64,000 nucleotides of DNA. Source: Antedon mediterranea. Its lineage: Eukaryota; Animalia; Echinodermata. Under the pieces are notes generated by a model that did no database searches, was not told the DNA's origin, and was given only the letters and a program-made list of their open reading frames with translations. Below are positions 37,948 to 50,832 of this stretch, piece after piece (position 1 is the first letter of the stretch; the number at the start of each line of letters is the position of its first letter). Made by a program: the position numbers and the translations under genes. The stretch lies in the NCBI RefSeq assembly GCF_964355755.1, contig NC_092674.1, positions 7,874,001 to 7,938,000 on the forward strand. Direction: 5' to 3'.

Positions 37948-40181
37948 CCTATAATATATAGGGCATTACCAATTTATTTAATACATAATATATGAACTAT
38001 ATTACACAAAAGAAATATAAATGAATTTATAAGGACATGATGATTATCAAAAATAGTCAATATAATTTAATATTATGTTCATATTATTATTTTATATCAA
38101 TCATAGAGATTTTCAAAAACATAGCTTGGTAACATTTAGTTTCTGTTTCAGACCTTTAATATTTGGAAATAACATAATAATTATAAAACATTCTTTTTTT
38201 AATGCCATTATGCGGTTAAAAACAAGTACAGCAGTATGCATATGAAGATACAGTACACATATATTGTGAGAACACAATTTCAATAATTTCTTTTAGGAAA
38301 ACATTGGTTTATTTTTTATATAAATTATATGTGCAGAAATTCGTTCTTCTAGCCTCAGATCATTCCTGAAGTTAGACATAAATCACCCAAATTAGTATTA
38401 AGTAATTAAATGAATAGTAGATGAAGTACAGTACAAATACATGTTTCAGGAGGATACTTTATGTTAAAGGTGATAATTTTACCCCGATGAAATGTATTCA
38501 ATTACCAGGTTGAAGTATGGTGGAAACACTACTATATGGCAAATTAAATGTACTCATATAGAACACAGTCAGTTCTACCAAGGTTACAGGTGTGTCACAA
38601 TTTGAGATAAGTGGACACATGACTTTTTCAATAGTAAATTCATTACCAGCATTATAAATAAAATTTTAAAAAGATGAGAATGTAAGTAAATATCAGATTC
38701 ATAGTCCTCATTATACACAATGATTTTCTACTATCACATATTAAAATATAAAATAATCATATAGCCTTTAATTAATTTACATGGAGGTTTATCCAAATAA
38801 ATTTAAATAAAAGGGTCGTAATATGTCTTCGTCTCCAGTTCGTGGAAATTGAAGTTAGGATTCCATCATTTCAACAACAAAAAATATTCAAAATTTTCCT
38901 GCCAGTTTGCGTTCAAAAGTACAACCTGCTTAGTTTTTAATACGAGTACTGCTTTCTATACACATAACTTTGATTTCTGAAAAAAAAATCCCTGTAATAA
39001 TGTACTTTAATTACTGTAATAATCTAGGCGTAGATTATGTTGACCAGACCAGTGAGAGGACGATCGACTGTACAGTACTAACATAAGTCCTCTAGGTGGA
39101 TACAACTTATTTCTTGTCTACAAAGTGTACAGTAGTATGCTAATAGTACTATTATTAGATTAGGTAGTTGGAGTAGTTTGGAGAGATACATCTATTTATA
39201 AGAGAGCACTTTATTATTATAGATATAATACCAATAGGTACCATGTATTGGGATGCAATTCAACAGTTATGAATAAAAAAAACTCTGTATGCTTTTTTCT
39301 GGCTGTGAAATATAAAATTGTTAAATGAAAAAGAAAATTTAGGGTGATCATCCCAGTATTTACAGTCTAAATTTGATCTTTATGCAACAATAGGCATAAA
39401 CGATTTTTTAATTAACAGGTATAAAAGCAAATTAAAAGCCTTACGTACTCTGTATGTTGGAAGAAATAAGCATAAGTGCAAATAAATCCTTGACCACAGG
39501 ATGTAATTCACTATTTGGAATCAGTAGTACACGATACTGTGTTGGACCATAATGTGGTCCAGGTTGACGGGCCAGGAATGATGGTAGTGCCCAGTATACA
39601 GTGTAGTTTAGCCTCAAGGCAATACCATGTAGCTGGATTAGCTTGGAGAAATACACTAGAGATTTCATGAGATTTGGTGTGTGATGATTCAGTTTGATAA
39701 TTAGCTGTGAAAAAAAAGTGTTGAATTATGAAGAAAATATTGTAAAATATTACAAGGAAGTTATACTATAGTATAATTAAGGGGTAACTGTAAAGTATAT
39801 TATAATAATAAATGCAATGGGAATTACTATTACTACTTATTATTATGTATACAATACAATATTACAGTTAAATTCATAGGTCGATATTATTTTATTATTA
39901 TAAGGAAATCTATTTTAGAATGAGAAAAAATTGCCCCAACCTAGATTTGAACCCAGCTATCAATAGAGCTATAAAGCTATTGGTACGAGTTGACCAATTA
40001 TTTTGGTACGAGTTAGCCAAGTTTGGTACGGGTTGACATGGGTACGTTACGGGTTGACCAGCACCCTAGAATACGGATAAAGATCAACCCGTACCCCCAT
40101 GCCGACTCGTTCCCATCCCATGGTAGAATACTACTTACATGTTAGTTTAGCCTAGCTGGGCTAACCTACCTCACCTCTCAC

Positions 40182-41252
40182 GGGTGTCACGAAACCTAAG
40201 ACCACGAAAGCTCAGACCCCCTAAGACCTAAGATCACGAAAGCTAAGACCCAACACCTAAGATTACAAATACTAAGATATACTACAGCTTAAAAACAATA
40301 CTTGTTTACCCATACATAATTTTAAACACAGTAGGTTTCATTTATTACCATAAATATAATTTAATACTACCGCAAAACATAGATAAACTCACATTATTTT
40401 CGCCCGTTGAGTAAATGTATATTTTTTCTTTACAACAAACAAACTTGACGGGTTGTTTGTTGGTATATATTTACTCCATTGTGTTGGTTCAGAGGATGTT
40501 TTTCTTACGCACCTGCCTTTCTTGTATTTTGACTCCAAATTTGTTGCCTAACTTTATCCTGAACACCACACTTTAAAATTAGGACTTTCAGAAGGAGAAA
40601 CACATAATAACAAATAAATAAATCCTTTAAATTGATGATTTTACAGATGTGTTTCTTTGTATACTGTAATGTAACTCCTCGAGCTCCCCATGCTCAATGT
40701 TTTTGTTTCTATGGAGCGCCAAAAAAGCAACAATAATAGTACAAGTATAAAAACAGAAAGAAAACGAAACAAGAAAACTTATCATGATTTTTAAATTAAA
40801 ATTTATTTGCCAGTATTTATTTCTTCGTACTTGCATGATTATACTATTATCATTACAATTTTAATTTTACATTGTTCCATCCACACTGTAGATGGACTCC
40901 ACAGAGTTTTCAGCCCTCTATTTAATTTCTGCTCTTTCGACGTTCCATAGAAACAAAAACATTGAACATGGCCCATGGGGTAGGCCTACTGTACTGTAGG
41001 CTAGTCATTTTGTGTGCGAGAAAAACGTCTGTAAAATCATCAATTTAAAAATGTATATGTTACTTTTTTATGTGATTCTTTTTCATGAAAGTGCCAATTC
41101 TAAGGTGTGGTATTCAGAATAAATGTTAGGAGTTAAAATACAAGGCAGGTGCGAAAGATAAATATTTGTAATCTTAGGTGTTGGGTCTTAGCTTTCGTGA
41201 CCTTAGGTCTTAGGGGGTCTGAGCTTTCGTGGTCTGAGGTTTCGTGACACCC
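40182..41252. mobile_element. Second copy of the MULE-type MITE (inverted relative to 23533-24626)
   Basis: Same TIRs and interior; 10-bp TSD CACCTCTCAC; empty site in the left arm at 29240-29249. Confidence 0.88.
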
Positions 41253-41911
41253 CACCTCTCACATGCCCTCCTGAAAAAACGCGACCGAAATTACTGGAAC
41301 CCTACCCTAGTCTACTAGACCTAGATAGTAGTGATCCGTAGTACCATGGAACTATAATAAATGGTAGACGTACTAGTACTGTGTAGTATATGTTAACATG
41401 TCTGGCTCTACGAGGCCTTTTTATGCTCACAGGATGACTTTTTTGGGCGTCCCAATGTAGGCCTATGCCTATAACTAGGACAGATTTCCCATTCCTGCAG
41501 GCCTGTAGCCTATGCTCTAGTAGGGCGCCCGGGTGTACCCTGGTCGATTCACCCCTGGTCGACTCGTATCCATGCCAACTCGTACTTAACTTCCTACCCT
41601 AAACTCGTATCCAACCAAATAATTGGTTGATTTCCCGCTAGACTAGTAGTAGGCCTAGCCTAGCTACAATATTCATTATGCCCTGCTAAAAAGGTAGGAG
41701 CTACTAGACTAATTACGTAATTCGTATAATAATGTAATATAGTGTTGCGTTGTTGAGGTACTAATGAAGACTCTGACTCGCTTGACTGTCGTAACACATA
41801 TATTGTTTATTCAGTATAATACTTCAGTACAATATACAACTTGTTTACTTACTTGTTTACTTGTTTCCGGAGCTCAGCAATGCTGGGTCCGGAGTCGAAG
41901 CTAGGCTATGC

Positions 41912-44780
41912 CTATAAGCCCCTCTTGATAATTACATCAACTCTTGAATATGGCGCAAATTTAAGAGGGTGGTTGGACCATGCCCGTTCAAGACCGGACT
42001 TAAATTGATTGGTTGATCTTGAAGCTACTACATCCTCCGATAACGAATTCCATAATATAATAGCTTTTCGACCAAATGAGTCCCTCATCCAATTTGTGCG
42101 TGAGAACTTAAATTTTAATTTAAAAGAATGACCACGTGTTCTAACATCTTCATCACGCTCAAAAAAAGAATCAGCAGAAATACTATCCACTCCATGTAAA
42201 ATTTTAAAAATCTGTATCAAATGTATCTGTATGCGAGAGTAGGTAGGTTGAGAATTTTCAGCCTTTCTGAATAAGGTAAATGACGAATGGAAAAAATAAG
42301 CTTGGTGGCACGTTCTTGGACTTTTTCCAATAGGTCTTCCTCCTTACAATGTAGCGAGTTAAAAACAACGTTGCAGTATTCCAAGGTCGGACGAATAATA
42401 GCTTTATATAAACGAAGAAACCCATCCATATTTAAAAACTTGAAAGCTCGATATACCATGCCCAACTTCCGATTTGCTCTCATTGCTACATCTGCCACAT
42501 GTACATTAAAAACAAGTTTAGAGTCAATAGTAACACCGAGGTCTTTTTCATGATCAACTTCATTCAATAAGAAACCACGCATGGCATACAGATGTTTGTT
42601 GTTTTTCTTCCCAAAGTGCATTACTTTGCACTTACCCTCGTTAAAAGGTAATTGCCATTTGTCAGACCAGTCACATGCTTTCTCTAAATCTTCTTGTAGA
42701 ACTTGAGCATCATTCACAGTGTTAACTACTCTATACAATTTAGTATCATCTGCAAACATGCGTACAGAGGAAGAAATAACAGAAGATAAATCATTTATAA
42801 ACATAATGAAAAGAACAGGTCCAACGACGCTTCCTTGCGGGATACCACTACGAACATCAGCCCAATCTGAAACACATCCATTGACACTAACCCGTTGTTG
42901 TCTATCGTTAAGAAATTCTTGAAACCAGTTTAGAAGTTTACCTCTAATACCCAATGCACTCATTTTCAGAAGGAGTCTATGATGAGGCACACTATCGAAA
43001 GCCTTCTTGTAGTCAAGGTAGATACAATCAAAACAATCCTGATTATCAAAATAAGAAAACCAGTTTTCAAGAACATCAAGTAATTGTAAAGCACAGGAAC
43101 GACCTTGCCGGAAACCAAATTGCTCATAACAAATAAGTGAGTGATGTTCAAGAAAGTCCAATAATTCCTTCCTGATAATTCTCTCCATAATTTTACCAAC
43201 TACCGAAGTTAAACTCACAGGTCTATAGTTGCTTGGGTCAGACTTCACTCCTTTTTTAAAAATCGGTACCACTGTAGCCCGTTTCCAACTATTAGGGACG
43301 GCTCCTTCTTGAAACAATTTCGTAAAAATAATATGGAGGGGATAGCAAATGATATCCTTTAGTTCGACTAAGATGCGTGGGTGAATACCATCAGGTCCAG
43401 CTGTTTTAGTAATATTCAACGTTGATAAAATATTTAAGATTTCGTCACAAGGAAAGTCAACTTGAGATAAAAAATCCTCTGAAATGTCATCAATAGCCGG
43501 TACATTCGAAAAATTTTCATCGACAAATACACTACTAAAAAACGTGTTTAGCAACTCAGCCTTATCCTTGTCATCAGACACATGCCTTCCATTACTATCA
43601 GTTAAGTTGGGTATACCAGACTTTATATTGATCTGAGAACTGAGATACCTCCTAAAAGACTTTTCATTAGATTTGATCTCAATTGCTATTTTATTTTCGA
43701 AGTCAGATTTACTACATCGAATCAGATCTACTGTTTGATTTCTTACTTGGACAAACTTTGACCATTTTGCTGACACACATACTTTTTGTTTTCTCTTGGC
43801 CTTTACATACTGTTTCCAACATTTATTCTTTTTGGCAATCTGCTTTTCAATTTTTTTGTTCATCCAAAGAGGTTTTCTTCCGTGGCAAACCTTCCTCATC
43901 GGGATACACTCATCAATATTCTTCGCAAGAATATGCTCGAATTCGTCCCACGATTGAATACCTGATTTGTCATTGAAAACCACATCCCAATCTACCAAAC
44001 CAATTTTCTCGCGCAGCAAATCATAGTTACCATGCCTGTAACTTCGAATATTTGTTTCAATTCTGTCATCTCTTACAAGATCCAATGAAAATTGTAACAC
44101 CATATGGTCGCTTTTACCCAGTGGTGGAGACTGCATAATGCCATTTATAGTATTCTCTTTGTCTGTAAAAACCAGATCCAAAACATTGGGTGTTTCGCCT
44201 TCTCTGTATCTAGTAGGTTCCATAACGTGTTGAATTAAAAATAGATCGTTGATGGTGTCAAAGAAACTTCTGCTGGAATCTCCATCTTCCGAAGACACAC
44301 AATTTAATTCCCAGTTAATACTTTTATAGTTAAAATCGCCGACAACGATTAAATCAGAAAAAGATAATTTATATACTTCACGGAACAATGAGTTCAGCTT
44401 GATATTATTATCCATACTACAAGTCGGGCTACGGTAAACACAACCTAATAAAAGATCCGTTTTTACTTCTTTTACTCTAACCCAAACTGACTCTACAAAC
44501 TTATTCTTCTTAAAGAAAATTTGAGAAACTGAAATTCCATTTCTGACATAAATTAAAACACCACGACCAGAAGTAAAATCCTCATTCGAAAAAAATGCTT
44601 GGTAACCTTGGACACGAAATTCATTTATCAGTGGCGGGTACAAACAATGCTTTGGTAAAATCTCTGTCAATGCAATAAAATCAACTTTTTCTGAAACCAA
44701 ACGGGAAAGTAACTCTGACTTCTTATTTAGAAAACCATCACAATTTGAGTACCAAAAGTTAAATTTCTGATTGGAAAACG
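41912..44780 (-). CDS. CR1 ORF2 (APE endonuclease plus reverse transcriptase), frameshift near 42220
   Basis: IALTE, YRSP, GDFN, LDL, SDH (APE); NYRPVSLTS, KAFDSVPH, GIPQGS, FADD (RT); RTRGHSFKL C-terminus in a shifted frame. Confidence 0.92.
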
Positions 44781-44821
44781 TACTTTCTTTTAAATTAGAG
44801 AACTTTCTGTTTTTATTTTCT

Positions 44822-45676
44822 TTATTGGGAACGAAAAAGCTTCACAATCTTCCCACTTCGGATAACTATGTCTTTCTCACCTGCATCTAATCGCGTTTTT
44901 AATTCACCTTTTAACTTAGTGAATGCTTCTCTTTCTTTCATGGTTCTATCATTACTAACAGCAAAACCCTTTTGAATTGCTAGAGAAAAAACTTGACGTT
45001 TAATAGACTCCTTTCTGAAAACTAATTTCAAAGGCCTCTTAATATCCTTCTCAGCTTTTCCAACACGATAGATAACTTTCATTTCGGCGTCGATATCAAC
45101 TGAACCGTTAAAAAAAGAACGGATAACAGATAAGTCATGTTGTTTGCGGATCATGGGATCACTACTTGTATTTTCCTCAATATTATATAACATTAGGTTA
45201 CACCTTCTTCTTTCCTTCTCAGCTTCATCTTCAAATCTCTCATTTATTGCTGTTAACAAATCAATCTTATCAGTTGAATCCTTAGCCTTGAGATCAGCAA
45301 TATCACTTGAATTTCGTGTGATAGTATCATCTATACGTTTTATGTCTTTCAGAATATTTTCTTGTGTTTTACCGATCGTCGACAACGCTTTCAAAAAACC
45401 ACAAGCCGACTTATTACAGGTACGACAATACCAATGAAGGCCCTGTTCACCAGATGAAATAACATCAAATAAAGACTTTCCTACGTCTTGACATGAACAA
45501 TGAAAACAAAACCCACACATGCCACACGTTACTGATTGATTGTCAACAGCTTTACTACAACTACCACATAGGCCTAGATGAGGTATCGAATCATCCCCCG
45601 CTGGGGTTAACGCCGACCTAAGCTTACGAGCTGTCTTAGGCCTACCACCACCTCCAATATAGCCTCCACTAGCCAT
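44822..45676 (-). CDS. CR1 ORF1 (PHD finger, coiled coil, RRM-like C-terminal part)
   Basis: CGSC...CGMC..CFHCSC...WYCRTC PHD; RRCNLMLYNIEE, RVGK, RPLKL, SNDRT motifs. Confidence 0.88.
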   Translation of the reverse strand: MASGGYIGGGGRPKTARKLRSALTPAGDDSIPHLGLCGSCSKAVDNQSVTCGMCGFCFHCSCQDVGKSLFDVISSGEQGLHWYCRTCNKSACGFLKALSTIGKTQENILKDIKRIDDTITRNSSDIADLKAKDSTDKIDLLTAINERFEDEAEKERRRCNLMLYNIEENTSSDPMIRKQHDLSVIRSFFNGSVDIDAEMKVIYRVGKAEKDIKRPLKLVFRKESIKRQVFSLAIQKGFAVSNDRTMKEREAFTKLKGELKTRLDAGEKDIVIRSGKIVKLFRSQ

Positions 45677-48600
45677 CCTTAAAAATCACAACAATCCTTG
45701 AACAAAAAAGCTTGTTTTCAATGAATCCGTCAAGCAATAATACTAAAGAGCAAATAGCGTTATGTTTTTTAAATACTTGCGATCGAAAAGTGTAAAAATT
45801 ATGATAGTAAAAAGATCTCCAGACTACGAAATCACAAACACGACCAACCACCGCTAGTGCGCCCTCTATAAGTATAGATAAGGAACGGAGGATCAATGAT
45901 GCTGTCGGTTAGGTGTGAAGTGTGTAGGTCTGCTTCTGAAGAAGTGGCTGTGAGGTGTGTAGGTCTGCTTCTGAAGAAGTGGCTGTGAGGTGTGTGCTCC
46001 GTGAAGTGGCTGTAAGGTGTGTGCTCCGTGAGGTGGCTGTAAGGTGTAGATGTTCTTCTGAAGAAGTGGCTGTGAGGTGTGTCTGGGCCCTTCTGAAACT
46101 TGGGAGTATATTGGCCCTCGGTTCATTTGCATATGTCACTACGTAATCTGTGAGGGTAACGATTGGTCCTAAGTTGATCCAGGGGTGTTTAAGTGGGAAT
46201 GATTGATCTTATCTTGGGAGGTTACAATGATGAATTGGCCCTGTCGAATCTCTGCTTAAAACTGTCAATATCTAATTGTTTTACGATGGGAACAGTCACA
46301 AAATTAAGCTAAGTGTTTTCTTTAGGGATTCTATTATAAACTAAATGGTCATTAAAACATCTGGACAAACTCTCCTCTGGACTTTCTGGGTCAAGTTTGT
46401 GAACCTATTTGAATTCCGATACAAAGGTCAATTTCTTAAATATAAAAGTATATCGTTATATTACATCCCTCTGTTTCCCTTTTTTTTGTAATCTATTTTA
46501 AATATAAAAATGGTTATAATAGTGGCATGCAAAATTAAAGTTATATAAAAGAAAAAAAAACATTATTATACATATATGCAAAATTGAGTTAGCCAATATC
46601 AAATCAAACATAAATCAGTTAAAAAATAAAATTACAAAACTTAAAAATAGTATGTTACATTGAACATACATCAAATCGTGCGACAACTCATCGCGTTCTA
46701 ATGGCCTTCAAACATAAATCAATCAAATCAAAACATAAAACTCAAGAAACTGTGGCTGATTAGCCTAAAATCAAATATCAAACTCATTCACTTTAAAACT
46801 TTAAAAGAAACAAATGTGTGTGTCCCGTTGACACAAACTTATCCACAATTTATCGTTATCATCACAACTTTATCGATTTAAGCATTTATATTCACAGGTA
46901 ATACGATTTCAATCAATCGACAAATTCGACTTTTGTACTCAATGTCAAAAAAAATTACACTTAAAAGTACTAAGAAAATCTCCTGTTTTTGTATATCAAT
47001 TAAGTAATGCTTGAGATTAACGACTCAAGGGTTAAACAAAATATTTGTTACAAAATGCTTGTCGTTCTTTTCAATATCTCAATATATCGATCATCAAAAT
47101 TCAAAATTAATCTTTATAAAAAAAACTCGTTACAAATCAATACTTAAACATAAATTCAATTCTCTTTTAACTGTAATCACATCATTACTAAACAAATCTC
47201 ATCAAATACGTAGACTATGCTATCATTAATTTAGCAAATGTCGTGATTTAAAAATAACCTTGCAAAAAAAATTAAATCAGTAACTTGTTGCATTATACAA
47301 ACGTTTTATGAAACGTTTTGGCGATCCACTTATCGGTATCTGTTTATCATTAATGATCTCTTTAATCAATTTATCTGTATCGTTATATCTGTCAATATTC
47401 CACCAAAATTTGCGATCATTAGATTCGTGTTTTGTTTTATCGGTGTTGCTTTTGGCTGAAGTCGGTTTAGAATATGAAACTAAAACTTGGAAATGTCCTG
47501 CTTTAAATCTACCTCGGTTTAATGTCATATTTGAATCGTTAGGTGCTGTCATAATTAGATTAGTTTGTTCCTTAATTTGTTCTTCTTTCATTTGGAATGG
47601 GGCTGCTAATCCCATGTTATTCTCTACACAGTCAAAGTAAGGTTGCAAGTTAAGGGGTTCTACTTTAGTTGGATGTGTAAGGGTATCTGATTGCAATTGG
47701 GCAGGTGTCCTATCATGTTCGTCGATAAATTAAACATTGTTTTCGTCATTTACTACGTTAACGGTGTTCTGAATTTTCTCATTATTATCGGCGGGTTTAT
47801 TCAACAATTATTTTAACAATTTAAAAAACAATTTTAGTGTGTATATATGTAAACTCTCACTTTTTCAATCAAGGTTACAAATCAAAAATCAAAATGGTTT
47901 TGACTTACCCCAAATGCTTCGGATCCAATTAAAAATGAATTAAAGGAATGCAAAAAGTGTTAAAAAATGTTTAAATGTTCAAACAACGAATTAAAGAAAG
48001 GTTAAAGGTGCTCATCAATGTTCAAATTTTCAAACAACGAATTAAAAAAATGCGAAAGGTGTTCATCAATGTTCAAAATGGTCAAAAAGGTAAATGTCGA
48101 AAAAAAAACGGCGTGAAGTTGAAAGTGTCCAAACGAAACAGTTCTTGTCCGCTTGCTTCTGTTTTGATTCTTTTTGGGTCTTCCTCGATTATCTTCTTTG
48201 TCTTTATCCAATGGTTATAATTTCATAAAATTTCTGCTTGTCTCGATCTCATTCAAATATAATTTCAGCTTGTCTTTTGTGTCTTCCTCGATTATCTTCT
48301 TTGTCTTTTGTGTAAAAGTAAATTTCTGGTTTTCTCCTTTCAAACAAATATGGTTATTTTTGTCTTCGTCTTCGTGTCTTGTTAAGTGTTTTTTTCTTGT
48401 TTTCTTGTTATTCTGTTTTCTCACTCTGTTCCTTATGAAATTTGGGTCTTCCACCATGTAATATAGTGTTGCGTTGTTGAGGTACTAATGAAGACTCTGA
48501 CTCGCTTGACTGTCGTAACACATATATTGTTTATTCAGTATAATACTTCAGTACAATATACAACTATAAGTATAGATAAGGAACGGAGGATCAATGATGC

Positions 48601-49742
48601 TGTCGGTGAGGTGTGAAGTGTGTAGGTCTGCTTCTGAAGAAGTGGCTGTGAGGTGTGTAGGTCTGCTTCTGAAGAAGTGGCTGTGAAGTGTGTGCTCCGT
48701 GAAGTGGCTGTAAGGTGTGTGCTCCGTGAGGTGGCTGTAAGGTGTAGATGTTCTTCTGAAGAAGTGGCTGTGAGGTGTGTCTGGGCCCTTCTGAAACTTG
48801 GGAGTATATTGGCCCTCGGTTCATTTGCATATGTCACTACGTAATCTGTGAGGGTAACGATTGGTCCTAAGTTGATCCAGGGGTGTTTAAGTGGGAATGA
48901 TTGATCTTATCTGGGGAGGTTACAATGATGAATTGGCCCTGTCGAATCTCTGCTTAAAACTGTCAATATCTAATTGTTTTACGATGGGAACAGTCACAAA
49001 ATTAAGCTAAGTGTTTTTCTTTAGGGATTCTATTATAAACTAAATGGTCATTAAAACATCTGGACAAACTCTCCTCTGGACTTTCTGGGTCAAGTTTGTG
49101 AACCTATTTGAATTCCGATACAAAGGTCGATTTCTTAAATATAAAAGTATATCGTTATATTACAATAATAACAATAATTGACTAGGCCTAGAAGGCCTAA
49201 AAGCGGCGGAAAACACCTATCCATGCTTGCATGGCAGTACGAAAACCTATGATTGTACATCATTGTAAATTGTCAACACACACTGTGCTACAGACAGTGT
49301 ACCGTGTGTTAAAAGTACAGCATTTAGGCCTATAGCAGACATCAACGTGTATAACTTGCTATAGTTTTACAGATAGCACATGTGGACAGTAGCAGATCAC
49401 AGTTCTACTTAACCGATGTTACGACAAAATTCGGTATAGGGCTATTTGCAACAGATAAATCATTTATCACATTGACAATGTGACATCCACTCTGTCTTGT
49501 ATGAGCGTATTTCAATCAGGTGGGTTATGAAATTAATAACATCTTTAACGTTTCAGTATTTATAAGACAGAGCATGGTGCAACCGTGCCACAAAATGATT
49601 GCTTCCGTACACCTACACTTCAACAAGAATAGTATTTGTAATACAAAGATTATTTTAATGAATACAAATTAGAACCCTGAGTAAATAGTGAACAAGATAT
49701 ATACAATTATAATAATATGCCTGTATAATTATAAAACACTAC

Positions 49743-49806
49743 CTGCGAATCCAAAATGGAATGTCAAAGACAGAGCTATAACCAGCCGGAACAAGATTAA
49801 GTCCAA
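49743..49806 (-). pseudogene. Orphan signal-peptide exon of a probable fifth paralogue
   Basis: Reads (TTG)DLILFRLVIALSLTFHFGFAG followed by a phase-1 GT donor, like exon 1 of copy A. Upstream 49826-49872 resembles copy A's upstream 9125-9165 (ACGCTCATTTA...AAACTCAATATTCG.TTAG). Confidence 0.5.
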
Positions 49807-50832
49807 TTTGTGGCTTAATATTCGTATTAGTGGACGCTCATTTACGTGTGTCTAAACTCAATATTCGGTTAGTAAGCTGTATTATATTTAACAATGTAAA
49901 GCAATGAAATTAACCGAAATTAATAGATTAGGCCTACTCAATCTTAACAACATACCTATAAGGTACTCGATCAATAATCTATATATAAATTTACGTAAGG
50001 GCTAAATTCGGTAAATCTCGGTTTATTTCTAGAATTTTTATTCGATGGTATGTAAAGTTGGTTCGTACTTTCGGTACTGATTTTAACCAACTGATTTAGT
50101 AACCCTGTTTACTAATTAAATTAAGTTAGATAATTAGTTATTGACGATTAAAACGAATTTAGGTTCAACGATTTGCCCCAGATAGGGGTGTTTTCCGATC
50201 GTGGTATACACTGTCTAATGGATGTCCATCTTGAAAAATACCCGCCACAAAAATGCGAGGAGGCTTCGCATTTTCCTATCTCCTCCTACGATAATTGTTT
50301 TTAATAGCTGAAAACCGGTTGAACAGCTCGAGTACAGTATCATAATGTTGAAGACAGGCCGATTTTAATTAAAATACTATTTTGATAGATTTAATATACG
50401 TTTATGCAAATGTATTGATTTGAAATGAATGGAACATTCCAATCTCTGTTCCACAAGTGTCTATTCCCTCAGGTGTCGTAAAGGCAAGTACTGTATACTC
50501 ATAACAGAAATTCGATCCATTTCTTTTTCAATCTGTGCTGCAGAGGTTGGATATAGATTTTTTTTAACGGATAATGAGCTAGCGTTTTCAGTCGCCGTAT
50601 ATTATGTACAAATCTCTATTATTGCAGTTAAACCACCCACGTGACATCATCACCCTTCCCTCACTGGCATGAGTAGCGTTGTAAAGCAAGTAGAGGATAG
50701 GCCTACGGTGCATCACATGCCCTAAACACAGAACAACTTTGGTGAGTAGGGTTAGGAACCAACTTAAGTATGAATTGGCTCTAAGAAACAATTGAAACCC
50801 ATTAGGCCTACTAATTAAGTTGAGTTAGATAA

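Larger units (their letters stand above)
41842..45865 (-). mobile_element. Full-length CR1 LINE nested in an LTR
   Basis: 5' UTR, ORF1, ORF2, 3' UTR and an (AACAAGT)-like tail. The LTR sequence resumes exactly on both sides. Confidence 0.93.
41733..49164 (-). mobile_element. Non-autonomous LTR element, copy 1 (3' LTR interrupted by CR1)
   Basis: 5' LTR 48457-49164 (708 bp, TGTAATA...TATTACA); 3' LTR split into 41733-41841 and 45866-46465; PBS-like TGGTGGAAGACCC; PPT AAAAAAAGGGAAACAGAGGGA; TSD ATAA. About 2-kb interior without gag or RT. Confidence 0.9.
23043..49397. repeat. Giant inverted duplication (foldback), about 4-kb arms and a 180-bp spacer, interrupted by insertions
   Basis: Left arm pieces 23043-23532, 24627-24667, 29057-31772 and 36030-36813 are reverse complements of right arm pieces 49165-49397, 41253-41732 and 36994-40181. 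Confidence 0.92.

Noticed and set aside
39441-39668. ORF in a foldback arm as a candidate transposase or captured gene
   Set aside because: The mirrored left-arm copy (about 29970-30170) has indels, and no domain was recognised.
45893-46146. Repetitive ORFs (HLTATS/PHSHFFR), also at 48535-48844, 51160 and 53872
   Set aside because: Translations of LTR subrepeats, open in several frames.
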